A stretch of DNA of 56,448 nt from a virus (taxonomy: Duplodnaviria; Caudoviricetes), in the IMG/VR virus record IMGVR_UViG_3300028034_000004, positions 1-56,448 of that record. One strand, written 5' to 3'. The notes under the pieces are model-generated. The model saw only the letters and a program-made list of their open reading frames with translations, was not told where the DNA came from and did not search any database. Made by a program: the position numbers and the translations under genes. Shown in pieces: positions 25,361 to 35,179 of this stretch. Every line of letters starts with the position of its first letter. The stretch's first letter is position 1.

Positions 25361-26873
25361 AGCAACTACCATAACATGTTCCGGTACAACCGCCTTTACA
25401 TGTCCCAGCACAATTTCCGACACAATTACCACCACAAGTGCCACTACATCCTTGACATAAACTAGCACATCCCGAGTTACATCCATCACTTGGCACATTT
25501 CTTCGTATCATCTCATCATCGATATAACTTATTATTTCATTAGTGTGTAATGCTTTTATAAGAGTTTCTTTAGCAATCAAATCATCTGTAAATTCTATCG
25601 TTTTAACTACATTATCTATTTTTGAGATATTTATTGTTCCTGCATGATCTGAAACTATTGGTTGATCAGCTGTTATAATAAATTCTAAAGTATTATTCCC
25701 GAAAATTAATTCACTATATTGGATTGTTTCGTTAATTAAAATTGGAGCGTCGCTTAAAAAAGTTACATTTTTATAACTGGTTCCATTTAAAAATATTTCA
25801 TATGCTATTTTTATTGGTTCTGCATTGATTTCTCTTAAGTACCCGCTAACATCAACATTCATAGGGTTTACAGATTCAACATTTGTAGGACTTACAGTTA
25901 TATCAGTTAATTCAATTCGAGGAACATAAGTATAAGTATCTTCTCCAATATATTCCGGAACATTTGATACCTGACCATAGTCATCTCTTCCCCAAGCAAA
26001 ATTTATTAAAGTTCCATTTTTTAGACTACCATCTGTGGTCATTGCTAAAGCATGGTTATATCCGGCATCAACTTCTGAAAAAATAAGTTCTGGATGATCT
26101 GGATAATCTGGATAATCTAATATTTGATTATAATTATCTCTTCCCCAAGCTTCTAATTTTCCGTCTGATTTCAATCCAACTGTAAAATTCTGACCCGAAT
26201 CTAAATCTGTAAAATTATTTAAATAAGGTGTATTAGTAACCTGACCATAAGTATCATCTCCAAAGGAAATTATAACCCCATCTTCTCGGAGTGCAGCGCC
26301 GTGTGATTCTCCGGCTGATATTTTACTATAATTATTTCCAGTGGGTGTATCAATCCCAACCCCTTTTAAGGTGCCATCATACATTAAAAGGAGAACAAAA
26401 TTGTGGCCAGCTTCCACATCTATTATACCACCGTGAACGGGTAGATCATTTAAGATTGGATTATCCCCAATACCTTTTATGTGACCGCTTTCGTCAAGAC
26501 CCACTCCAAAATCACTGCTTGCTGTTATTTTGACAAAATTATTATCAGGTGGAATATTAGATATTAAACCCCAACTAGTTATAGAACCACCAGATAAAGC
26601 TAATGAAAATTCATCCCCGGCAGCAATTTGTTCAAATGTTCCACTCGGGGTATTCGTTATCAATCCATTAGCATCGTTACCAACAGTTTCTAAATGACCA
26701 TCAAAATATCTAACAGTTGTATGATTGTTACCTGCAGCTAGATGATTTTCGAAATCAGTAGAATTAAGTGACAATTGAGGAGGTATTTCTAAAGTTGAAT
26801 CAAAATCAACATTTCCATCAATATAATTTATAACATTAATGTCGATTGAAGAATTAAGATCATTGGTTGGCAT
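25323..26873 (-). CDS. RCC1-repeat beta-propeller fibre/receptor-binding-like protein with C-terminal Cys-x-x-x repeat tail
   Basis: Repeats IAAGDEFSLAL, ISAGESHGAAL..DG, WGRDNYNQ, VDAGYNHALA; Ig-like segment; IKALHTNEI; 13-Cys tail ending GGCDGCDGRWF. Confidence 0.85.
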   Translation of the reverse strand: MPTNDLNSSIDINVINYIDGNVDFDSTLEIPPQLSLNSTDFENHLAAGNNHTTVRYFDGHLETVGNDANGLITNTPSGTFEQIAAGDEFSLALSGGSITSWGLISNIPPDNNFVKITASSDFGVGLDESGHIKGIGDNPILNDLPVHGGIIDVEAGHNFVLLLMYDGTLKGVGIDTPTGNNYSKISAGESHGAALREDGVIISFGDDTYGQVTNTPYLNNFTDLDSGQNFTVGLKSDGKLEAWGRDNYNQILDYPDYPDHPELIFSEVDAGYNHALAMTTDGSLKNGTLINFAWGRDDYGQVSNVPEYIGEDTYTYVPRIELTDITVSPTNVESVNPMNVDVSGYLREINAEPIKIAYEIFLNGTSYKNVTFLSDAPILINETIQYSELIFGNNTLEFIITADQPIVSDHAGTINISKIDNVVKTIEFTDDLIAKETLIKALHTNEIISYIDDEMIRRNVPSDGCNSGCASLCQGCSGTCGGNCVGNCAGTCKGGCTGTCYGSCSGGCDGCDGRWF

Positions 26874-27993
26874 TTTCTACCTCCTCAATTTTTTCAAAGA
26901 AATATTTGTTTGCTTTATACTGTGCTTCAACCATATCACAAAACATTCCTTCTCTTCTAAAAATAGAACCGCTGACATCATAATTGTAGGCGGTACACCA
27001 GGAGCACATTTTTTTATATTCACATTCATTACATTTCTTTTTGTATTCTCCTTGAATTGTTTGAAGATTAACATATTCAAATGGTTTTAATTTATTTTGA
27101 TCTATCCCATTATAAATGTCTCCTATTGCTAAATTATCCCTTTGCGATAATGTTTGAAACCTATGACAGGGATATAATTCTCCATTAATTCCTATTGAAA
27201 TCATGCTTGTTCCCGAGCCACACCAATTTCTATATTTTAAATCTTCGCCGTCACTATTATAAAGATGAGTAAAATAACCGACATAAATATCTTCGTAAAG
27301 CCCCGTATCTATTAAATAATCAGCTAATTTAATTAATTGATTTTTAAAAATTTCTGGATCATCCTCAGTCCAAACATTTTCAAAAACATTGTTTATTTCT
27401 ATTCTATCAAGACCTAAATCTATCAAATGTTTAACACTTTCAAAAAGATAAGGAAGGGTATCATGATTTACCGTAGCTTTTATATTATTCCAAGGGAAGG
27501 TTTTTCTCCACCAATCAAAATCTTCCATTATTTTATCATAAGACCCATTTCCTTCTACTGTTTTACGATTTAAATCATGAGCTATTTTAGAACCATCTAA
27601 ACTTATTCCTACGCTTAATTTATTTCTATTTCGTTTTAAAATTTCTTTTATTTTGTCGGTAAATAAAGTTCCATTTGTTGTTATCGAATAAATTCTATTA
27701 TTTTTCCAAGGATGGTCCAAATCAATTAGCTTCTCATCTATGTATTTTATTATATCATACATTAAGTCAAACTCAACTAAAGGTTCTCCTCCAATAAATT
27801 CGAAAATTCCCTTATCATGTTTAACCGGTTTGTTTAATATATAATCAACTGCATCTTTGGCAACATCCAAATCCATCGTAATGTGTTTTTTGTTTTCCTC
27901 ATAACAATAAGTACATCTTAAATTACATTTTTCGGTAATCATAAATGAAACTGTTTGTGCAATTGGATTATCTTTTGGTTTTTTATATCTCAT
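26860..27993 (-). CDS. Radical SAM/SPASM peptide maturase, CXXX-repeat target family-like
   Basis: CNLRCTYC, FIGGEPL, TTNGT, NNVFENVW, NWCGSG, YPCHRF, CNEC..MCSWCTAYNY..FCDM. Confidence 0.9.
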   Translation of the reverse strand: MRYKKPKDNPIAQTVSFMITEKCNLRCTYCYEENKKHITMDLDVAKDAVDYILNKPVKHDKGIFEFIGGEPLVEFDLMYDIIKYIDEKLIDLDHPWKNNRIYSITTNGTLFTDKIKEILKRNRNKLSVGISLDGSKIAHDLNRKTVEGNGSYDKIMEDFDWWRKTFPWNNIKATVNHDTLPYLFESVKHLIDLGLDRIEINNVFENVWTEDDPEIFKNQLIKLADYLIDTGLYEDIYVGYFTHLYNSDGEDLKYRNWCGSGTSMISIGINGELYPCHRFQTLSQRDNLAIGDIYNGIDQNKLKPFEYVNLQTIQGEYKKKCNECEYKKMCSWCTAYNYDVSGSIFRREGMFCDMVEAQYKANKYFFEKIEEVENANQ

Positions 27994-28004
27994 TTTATCT
28001 CCCC

Positions 28005-28454
28005 TTAAAAGTTATCCAGTTTCTCCAACAAAAGGCCAATTTCTTCGTTTATCTTTTCTTTTATGAAATCGGGAGCTTGATAATTTAATAAAGTTTCTAA
28101 TTTATTTTTCATTAACATATGTTTTACCATTTTTCTTTCTTCATTTTTAATCAAGTCATCAATAATGTTTAGTGACTTATTTATATCTTTATTAAAATGA
28201 TAATTAAATAAAAATATTTGATAATAAAAATCACTTACCTCTTCTGAAAGGATAAATAAATATTTATTGGAGTTTTCTTTAGATTCTATTTTTCTAAAAA
28301 GAACATCAAGTGGACCCATTAAACCTTCAATCCATTCAAATTTATCATAAACTGCTTCTATTTTTTCTGACCATTTTCTAAAATCGTTTAAATCATCTTT
28401 TTCAATGGCGAGTATAAGCCTTGCTTTCAATATTGTTTTATCTTTAGATAACAT
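28005..28454 (-). CDS. Hypothetical helical protein
   Basis: Start moved to ATG 28454 (AGGAGG RBS). Confidence 0.7.
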   Translation of the reverse strand: MLSKDKTILKARLILAIEKDDLNDFRKWSEKIEAVYDKFEWIEGLMGPLDVLFRKIESKENSNKYLFILSEEVSDFYYQIFLFNYHFNKDINKSLNIIDDLIKNEERKMVKHMLMKNKLETLLNYQAPDFIKEKINEEIGLLLEKLDNF

Positions 28455-28464
28455 TTGTTCCCTC

Positions 28465-29532
28465 CTAACAATTTTGTACAAACATCCATATTCTTTTTTC
28501 TTCACCTTCAGCAAGTGGTTCTAAAGCTTTACCTATTATAGTTCCTGGGACATTATCTTTTGATTTTCTTGCAAACCCTTTTTTAGAAGAAGTTTCTAAT
28601 TGGTCCATTGTTTCGATTGGTCCTATAGCTTTTACTTTTACTCTTCCGCATAAACCTTGTGGTGCATATTTTTTTAAATTTTCTTTTTCAGATACATTCT
28701 CCCCTCCAATATAAATTCCATAAGTATCAGAATAAACACCCATTACTCTTTTATCACCTGCTTCTGTGCAGGCTTTAACGCCGTCATTATCCCAAATTAA
28801 AACATCACCTGGTTCTACATCTTCGTTCTTTGGCATAAACTCAGCTAGGTCATTATAAACTGCTCTAGATATTTTAGCGTCATTATCTAAGATTTGATAT
28901 TTAACACCACCGGTATCATATTTAAATAACTGTGCTTGAGGACCTAAAGTAGTGTCTCCTTCAACAGCATTTATTTCAAATACTGGGTCATCATTATTAT
29001 TATATATACTTAAAGCAAACTCATCATTATCTGCATCACCGGTTTTGATTAGCATACCACCAGCATCGGTACCTGTTGTTTGTAATAAAAATCCATAATT
29101 ACCTCCTGCCCCGCTGTTACCGGTAGTAAAAGAATATTGTTTACCTGGTGTTATCACTTCAAGGTTATCTTCTAAACCAACTTTACTTTTGAGATTAGTA
29201 TCTCCATACACGGTTAAATCACCATCGGCTTGAATATAACTATTGCTTCTTATATGACCTACAGCTGTTATATAATCAGAAAATTCCCCAAAACCACCGA
29301 ATGTTGAATCGCCACTAATATCTAAATTACCCGTCGCAGCTACATTGGCATTAATTTGTAAGTCATTTTCTATAACGGGATCAGCTAACCATTCTTCCCA
29401 AATTTCTGTATTATGTAGTGTATTTTCCCACAATCTTTGAAGTGGTCGGTTAGCAACACCGGCAACTACATTTTCGGTTAAATCTATTAATTCTATTTCA
29501 TCTATTGTTCTATGAAATGGTGTACTAGGCAT
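28465..29532 (-). CDS. Tail fibre/spike protein with C-terminal intramolecular-chaperone (peptidase G2-like) domain
   Basis: ANRPLQRLWENT anchor; beta repeats GNLDISG/GDLTVYG; NDLAEF..EPGDVL..VMGVYS..GRVKVK..GTIIGKAL. Confidence 0.75.
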   Translation of the reverse strand: MPSTPFHRTIDEIELIDLTENVVAGVANRPLQRLWENTLHNTEIWEEWLADPVIENDLQINANVAATGNLDISGDSTFGGFGEFSDYITAVGHIRSNSYIQADGDLTVYGDTNLKSKVGLEDNLEVITPGKQYSFTTGNSGAGGNYGFLLQTTGTDAGGMLIKTGDADNDEFALSIYNNNDDPVFEINAVEGDTTLGPQAQLFKYDTGGVKYQILDNDAKISRAVYNDLAEFMPKNEDVEPGDVLIWDNDGVKACTEAGDKRVMGVYSDTYGIYIGGENVSEKENLKKYAPQGLCGRVKVKAIGPIETMDQLETSSKKGFARKSKDNVPGTIIGKALEPLAEGEEKRIWMFVQNC

Positions 29533-29545
29533 CTATTTACCTCCT

Positions 29546-30085
29546 TTAATAAGCTATCGACCACTTGAAATAAACATCCCAAGTTTCTTTTTTAAGTATT
29601 GATTCAAAACATTTTGTGGCAATTGATTCTCCGGAAATACTCTTCAGTGTAGCCCGGGAAAAAGTCTTACCATTACCTTCTGACTTTTGGATATGTACTC
29701 TAAATACAGCAATATTGGGTTGAACTTCAGATATATCTTTTTGGTCAATTAAATGTGAATAAAAATCAGGGTTACTTGTTGATACTTCAGTTGAGCCATT
29801 GGGGGTAATAATTAATTCACTACCATCTTGTAAAATGTTTGAACCTTCATTATCTAACCAAATGCTGTTTGGGATTAAGTCCTCAGCCATTCTGTTACCA
29901 CTGTCATTATAATAACCATCATTATCTACAGCCATATTAGCAGCGTTGATTCGATAGTTATCTAATATAACATTACTGTCTGCGGTATGTAATTGCCAAG
30001 GTCCACCATCTTTTCTAACAAAAATTTCTAGGAATCCAGCGACACCTTTTTCTAAAACTGTATCTTTCATTTCCATCCATTTCAC
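29546..30085 (-). CDS. Baseplate/tail-fibre attachment protein
   Basis: Position; NVILD..., EGNGKTFSRATL..FESILK..VYFKWSI pattern seen in myovirus fibre-collar proteins. Confidence 0.55.
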   Translation of the reverse strand: MKWMEMKDTVLEKGVAGFLEIFVRKDGGPWQLHTADSNVILDNYRINAANMAVDNDGYYNDSGNRMAEDLIPNSIWLDNEGSNILQDGSELIITPNGSTEVSTSNPDFYSHLIDQKDISEVQPNIAVFRVHIQKSEGNGKTFSRATLKSISGESIATKCFESILKKETWDVYFKWSIAY

Positions 30086-30090
30086 CTCTT

Positions 30091-31626
30091 TTAATAATTT
30101 CTTAAAGTTTTTAAAAGGACATCATTTTCGTGAACTTCTATTACTAATTGTTCTCCCATGTTATCGTATTTTATTTCTCCATCAAATTGATAATATCTAT
30201 CCTGTAAAGCATAAGTGTGATGAAATTCTGGTACAGGACCCCAGTTGACTGGCCTGTCTGCAATTTCTGCTTCAGCTTCTTTCTCAAACCACGGGTCGTG
30301 GAGTTTCCCTCTTTCATCTTCATAGTCAGTGGCTTGGGCGTTATCTATTTTATGTTTGGCTCCATCGTCACCTTCCCCATAGTCATCACCGTCACCTTGA
30401 TCATAATTGCCATCATCACCATTTCCGCCATCGGGGTTTTCTGGTTCGAAGTCATCATAATTGCCACTATCTTCATCACCGCCAGGGTCATAAGGATCAC
30501 CACCACCGGGTCCGATTCCACCTTCACCACCACCACCATAATCATTGTCGTCAGTATTAGTAACTAAAAATAGTTCGAAGGTCATATATTGCGGACTTAT
30601 TCTGGTTAAAAAATCATATAATATCGAAAGGTTTCTTGATTGGTTACCAAAAGCTCTACCAGTAACCTCGATGAAAGCTGTGGAATTTTTTTCGATATCA
30701 ATGTCGCTGTCGAAATAATTCATCGGCTTCCACCAGCCCGGGTGAGTTAAATAATCTTTTACTTCTATTCCCTGCACTAAAAAATTAAACGGAGGGACTT
30801 TATCCCCAACCCCGTTAACCGGTATCTTGTTATAATCTTCATCTTCATAGTGTTCTATCAGCTTAAAATCGGGTTTGTAGTACCATTCTTCTCCTGTCGA
30901 TAGTTTTACATGCCCGGGCTCCCAAACTTCAATTGTGGACTCCTGAGCCATCGTCATCGGCAAATCATAAAATAGGTATAATCCCATTTTAATGTTTTCA
31001 ATAGTCGGCCCATTAACTAGAACATACCACATAGCAACTGTCATATTATAATATTTTCTAGAATATTTATTAAGGCCGAAAACACCTTTATTTAGTCCAA
31101 CCAATTCTCCGAATGTTTCATAAACTAATGGGTTGTGAACATAATAGTTCTCAACCCAAATTTCCAAAACATCATCTTCTATATACCCATTGAATATATC
31201 AACTTCTAAAGGATTATTATTTAAATCCCTGAATTCAATGGGATTATAAGGTTCTTCACCGTTAAAGGGTTTATCCGTGACGGTTATTTTATATTCCATC
31301 TCAAAACCATACTGATTTTCTAACTTCAATGGTTTTAAATTGTTATCAAACACATTATAATTATTATCTTCAAAGACCTCAATTGAAGTTAACACATCTT
31401 CAAAATCGGTCATTAAATGAAATTGTCCATCAATTATTTTAAATTTAATTTTTTTCCATTTTTTCTTTATTTCGTAAGGGACAGTTTTAATAGACTTAGA
31501 ATAGTTAACCGCTTCAATAGCTACTTTTTGTTCTTCCGCTAAATCCTCATAACTCCCCCAAATGGTTTCAATTACTTCTTTATAATCGTATGTATCCCAA
31601 TAATCCCCTAATTTATCAAAACTCAT
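30091..31626 (-). CDS. Baseplate wedge-like protein with Gly/Asp-rich insert
   Basis: Follows baseplate J; NGPTIENIK..L and LTRISPQY motifs. Confidence 0.6.
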   Translation of the reverse strand: MSFDKLGDYWDTYDYKEVIETIWGSYEDLAEEQKVAIEAVNYSKSIKTVPYEIKKKWKKIKFKIIDGQFHLMTDFEDVLTSIEVFEDNNYNVFDNNLKPLKLENQYGFEMEYKITVTDKPFNGEEPYNPIEFRDLNNNPLEVDIFNGYIEDDVLEIWVENYYVHNPLVYETFGELVGLNKGVFGLNKYSRKYYNMTVAMWYVLVNGPTIENIKMGLYLFYDLPMTMAQESTIEVWEPGHVKLSTGEEWYYKPDFKLIEHYEDEDYNKIPVNGVGDKVPPFNFLVQGIEVKDYLTHPGWWKPMNYFDSDIDIEKNSTAFIEVTGRAFGNQSRNLSILYDFLTRISPQYMTFELFLVTNTDDNDYGGGGEGGIGPGGGDPYDPGGDEDSGNYDDFEPENPDGGNGDDGNYDQGDGDDYGEGDDGAKHKIDNAQATDYEDERGKLHDPWFEKEAEAEIADRPVNWGPVPEFHHTYALQDRYYQFDGEIKYDNMGEQLVIEVHENDVLLKTLRNY

Positions 31627-31628
31627 TT

Positions 31629-33398
31629 TTATACACCTTCTTCTTTGGCTACCGAAACTTTAGGCACCATTGTTTGATAAGGTAATATTTTATATTCATC
31701 TTCGATCGGAATATATTCATCGGTGCTCCCTATACCGTTTGGCGATTGGCAACTAAATGAAATATTATAAGCCGATGAATCCATCATATTCCCATTGGAG
31801 AAGACCATTATTCTCCCCTCTTGATAATCTATTTGATAATCGATGTTCCTTTTAAATACTGTTATACCATCAGTTACAGTCTCGGTGTTATAGAGGATTT
31901 TAAAATATGGTAAATCTACATATGTATCATAATTACTATTAAATGAAATTGGATTATCCAAAGTTATATAAGGTGTATCCAACTCCAAAGTCATTGGCAA
32001 CTTTACTTTTTCTACATTTTCTGCATAAAGTGTACTTATGAGATCTGAAACCTCAAATATTCGCCGCATCGGTTCACCATAATTTGAATATTCACTACTC
32101 GCTCTTGTTTCATTATAATGATAATATTTGATAAAATAATTTATTTTTTCCTGTAATTCCAATTCTTCAATTTCTCCTCTATAATATATTATACCATAAA
32201 GGGGGAGCAATTCAAAGTGGCGAATTAGGGGATCTCCAACGGGCATTCGGTTCTTAGGATCATTAATAAACTTTTGCATTTGAGGTATCGCTGGACTTGC
32301 TAAAGCTCTAATTCTTATATCCGAGACCACATTTTCATAAGTAGTCCCCGTAAAATCTAAAATTGATTTTTGTCTTACGGAATTTTCAGTAAAGAGTGAT
32401 TGAATGAAATCAACTCCATTTATTGTACCAGTCACTTCACCATCGGAAGTTAATGCAGAAACTTCTAAAGCTCTAACAATAACCATATCTATAGGTTCAC
32501 CTTGGCTGTTTTTGGCGGTATATGTATGACCGTTTTCAAACATTTCCGTACCTAGATCGCCGATGCTAAAGCCAAAGTTAACAGTTGGATCTTCTGTTTT
32601 AGTTATGTCAAATTCATATTCTGCTAAGTCATTATTTTCAACCCAAATATCATGCATGTTACCTACTCGGTATTCTTTATTGTTGATTACTTCAATTTCT
32701 CTGCGCATTAATTCATCACCAGTTCTAATTGGAAAAATATTAATTATTGTGCTGGCAAATTTATTTTTTAAAACCGACTTAATGGCCGGTTCATTAGAAA
32801 GATTTCTGACTGATATGCTATCCTGCACTCTCTCATATGTTTTCTCGGGAGGTTCCACACCAGCTCCATTATTAAATCCATAAGGATTACTTATTTGCAC
32901 GGCTCTACTTTCTATAATAGGATTTAAACAGGTAGTTATAGCTTTCGGGTCTATATTATACTCATCAGATTTTTCTTCCGCTATAACCTCTAATTCGTGA
33001 TAATAATACATACCTTCAGAATAATTAGCCATTTCAGTTGAAGTTATTTGGGTGTCTTTGATTGCACTAAATCTTAAATCGTTATCGGTGGCAAAACCTG
33101 TGCCTTCTTTAACTGTTAAATCCGTCGGTGAATCAAAATAAACCCTAACCGCTCCTTGGGCATATTCTCCCGAAGAAACATCTACAAAAAAATTGCCAGC
33201 AAACATTTCTTGGTCGTCTTTTTCTAATTCATTGAAGTTTAAAAAGGATAACTTTTTTGGGAGATTGTCAATTTCTATTTTTATTGGCTCGTTAAGCTGC
33301 AAATATTTTTTGGTGAAAAGATCGTCAACTGTGTTGTTTAAGGTGACATCAACTCCTATGTCGTTTAAATCCCTTCTTACTTTTTCTTTAAAATCCAT
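31629..33398 (-). CDS. Baseplate J-like (gp6/gp47) protein
   Basis: AQGAVRVYF, GTGFAT..LRF, AEEKSDEYNI, NPYGFNNGAGVE. Confidence 0.8.
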   Translation of the reverse strand: MDFKEKVRRDLNDIGVDVTLNNTVDDLFTKKYLQLNEPIKIEIDNLPKKLSFLNFNELEKDDQEMFAGNFFVDVSSGEYAQGAVRVYFDSPTDLTVKEGTGFATDNDLRFSAIKDTQITSTEMANYSEGMYYYHELEVIAEEKSDEYNIDPKAITTCLNPIIESRAVQISNPYGFNNGAGVEPPEKTYERVQDSISVRNLSNEPAIKSVLKNKFASTIINIFPIRTGDELMRREIEVINNKEYRVGNMHDIWVENNDLAEYEFDITKTEDPTVNFGFSIGDLGTEMFENGHTYTAKNSQGEPIDMVIVRALEVSALTSDGEVTGTINGVDFIQSLFTENSVRQKSILDFTGTTYENVVSDIRIRALASPAIPQMQKFINDPKNRMPVGDPLIRHFELLPLYGIIYYRGEIEELELQEKINYFIKYYHYNETRASSEYSNYGEPMRRIFEVSDLISTLYAENVEKVKLPMTLELDTPYITLDNPISFNSNYDTYVDLPYFKILYNTETVTDGITVFKRNIDYQIDYQEGRIMVFSNGNMMDSSAYNISFSCQSPNGIGSTDEYIPIEDEYKILPYQTMVPKVSVAKEEGV

Positions 33399-33400
33399 TA

Positions 33401-35167
33401 CTAAACCTCCTTGATATTTGTTTTAAATATTCTATTCATTTCTTCCATTTCTTCTATTTCATCTATTTTGTTTTGAATACCTTCTTTTAAAATTTCGGAT
33501 GTATCATTTTGTAGTCGGTGCTTTCTTTCATTTTCAACCATCACCATTTTTCTTATTTCGACGCCGATGCTTTTAGTGACATCGTTAGCTTCGTTTAAAC
33601 AGGCTAAATCATTTAATAACTGCTGGGTGGTGCTTGCATCTTCTTCATCTAAATCTAAAGCTCCACCAAAGTCGCCAGCTTCTATTAATTCACTCATGTG
33701 ATCTAACCCTAGATAATCAGCCATCATAACCACTCCCGAAACCATCGTTGTTGTTTCGTGAGTAATATTTAAGGCTTGCTCTAATGCATTAACCGGTGTC
33801 TCCTGTTCGAATGTATTTAACCTATTGACTATTATGTTTTTGAAACTTGTTGCAGCATTTAAAAATTCATTAAATACCTGCAGCAAATCTTTTGTGACCT
33901 CTCCCCCTTCTGATAATAATTGCAGGACGAGATAAACCTCGTTATATCTTTTCATTAGTTCACTCCAATAAGGGGCGGAAATTGTTGTGTATGCTTGAAT
34001 GACATCATCTATTAGTGGAGCATAAATATTTTCATAAGCTAACAAGGCGTTGCCGTCAGTCGACGTTATCTCATTTAACTTCTCAATAACAACTCCAATT
34101 AAATTGGACCATGTGCCTTTATTTAATTTAGAAAAATTGGCATTGAGCTCCCAATCATCAAAATTATTAGCTGAAACAGTTGATGCTATTAAAGGAAAAT
34201 CTACATCGATGGGTTGGGTTACTTTTGTTTGAATATAATCGTCTATAGCTTTTTTTAATGCATCTGAACCTTGATACCTGTTTAAATTTTTCATTAAAGG
34301 ATTAACACTATATGCCCAATCTTCAAACATCATTTTGTCTGCTGTATCTAAATTAGATATTGCTTCTCTAATTAATCTTAGACTTCCCATCATATCATTA
34401 ATCGAATCCTTAAAATTTTCACCAACTTCGTTAAAAAAATCAGATAAATTTTTGAATTCGCCAGAGGACGGTCCTGTTAATCTATCTACCGCCTCTTCTA
34501 TTTGTTCCCACAAATTCAAAAGTTTAACTAAATTTGATATGATACTCTCATTTTGAGGATCATCTAAAATATTTTTTGCATTTTCTAATTTATATTTTAA
34601 ATTATTGATGGTGTTAGCTGTTAAATCTTCAGTTATATTTTTGTTATAAATATCACTTTCTAATCTTATTAAAGTGGTTTTGACTTCTCCTATATCACGA
34701 CCTACCCTCGGTACATCATAGTTCATTAAATCATTCAATTCATACTGTTGCATTTCCTTAAAATTTTCAGCTGAAAGGTTAGTCCAATTATATGTTAATT
34801 CATTAATAATTTCTTCTAAGTATTGAATTAATATATCTATCGTCTCTAATTCACTTTGAAAAAACTCCTTTAAACGATTTACTTCTTTAACTAACACCGT
34901 TCCAAAAGCGCTAGGGTTTATCAAAGCTATATAAGAAATCGTATTTTTTAGTGTTTCAAATTCTAAATCATCACCTATCATATCCTCTATCTCACTGGCT
35001 CCAGCATCCATTAGAACACCAATTACAATATTTTTAACTTTACCCCAGGTGCCATTTTGTGACGCTTCAATTGTGGCATTTAATTGTTGCAGGTAATCTA
35101 AACTTTCTTTTTGATTATCTATCATACTTTGAAATTCTTTACTTGCATTTTCTAAAGAACAAGCCAT
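33401..35167 (-). CDS. Hypothetical acidic helical protein (probably structural)
   Basis: 588-aa ORF with GGAGG RBS within the tail operon. Confidence 0.75.
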   Translation of the reverse strand: MACSLENASKEFQSMIDNQKESLDYLQQLNATIEASQNGTWGKVKNIVIGVLMDAGASEIEDMIGDDLEFETLKNTISYIALINPSAFGTVLVKEVNRLKEFFQSELETIDILIQYLEEIINELTYNWTNLSAENFKEMQQYELNDLMNYDVPRVGRDIGEVKTTLIRLESDIYNKNITEDLTANTINNLKYKLENAKNILDDPQNESIISNLVKLLNLWEQIEEAVDRLTGPSSGEFKNLSDFFNEVGENFKDSINDMMGSLRLIREAISNLDTADKMMFEDWAYSVNPLMKNLNRYQGSDALKKAIDDYIQTKVTQPIDVDFPLIASTVSANNFDDWELNANFSKLNKGTWSNLIGVVIEKLNEITSTDGNALLAYENIYAPLIDDVIQAYTTISAPYWSELMKRYNEVYLVLQLLSEGGEVTKDLLQVFNEFLNAATSFKNIIVNRLNTFEQETPVNALEQALNITHETTTMVSGVVMMADYLGLDHMSELIEAGDFGGALDLDEEDASTTQQLLNDLACLNEANDVTKSIGVEIRKMVMVENERKHRLQNDTSEILKEGIQNKIDEIEEMEEMNRIFKTNIKEV

Positions 35168-35179
35168 TTAAAAACCTCC

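Noticed and set aside
24953-25498. ORFs 24953-25141 and 25286-25498 with Val-rich repeats (VLVVVMGVMVDGFKG)
   Set aside because: Alternate-frame readings of the TGT-rich Cys repeats; the Cys frames have RBSs and fit the rSAM context.
21424-27993. Anaerobic sulfatase maturase, PqqE, QueE or NrdG annotations for the rSAM genes
   Set aside because: No sulfatase, pqq, que or nrdD genes nearby; the adjacent Cys-repeat proteins are the more parsimonious substrates.
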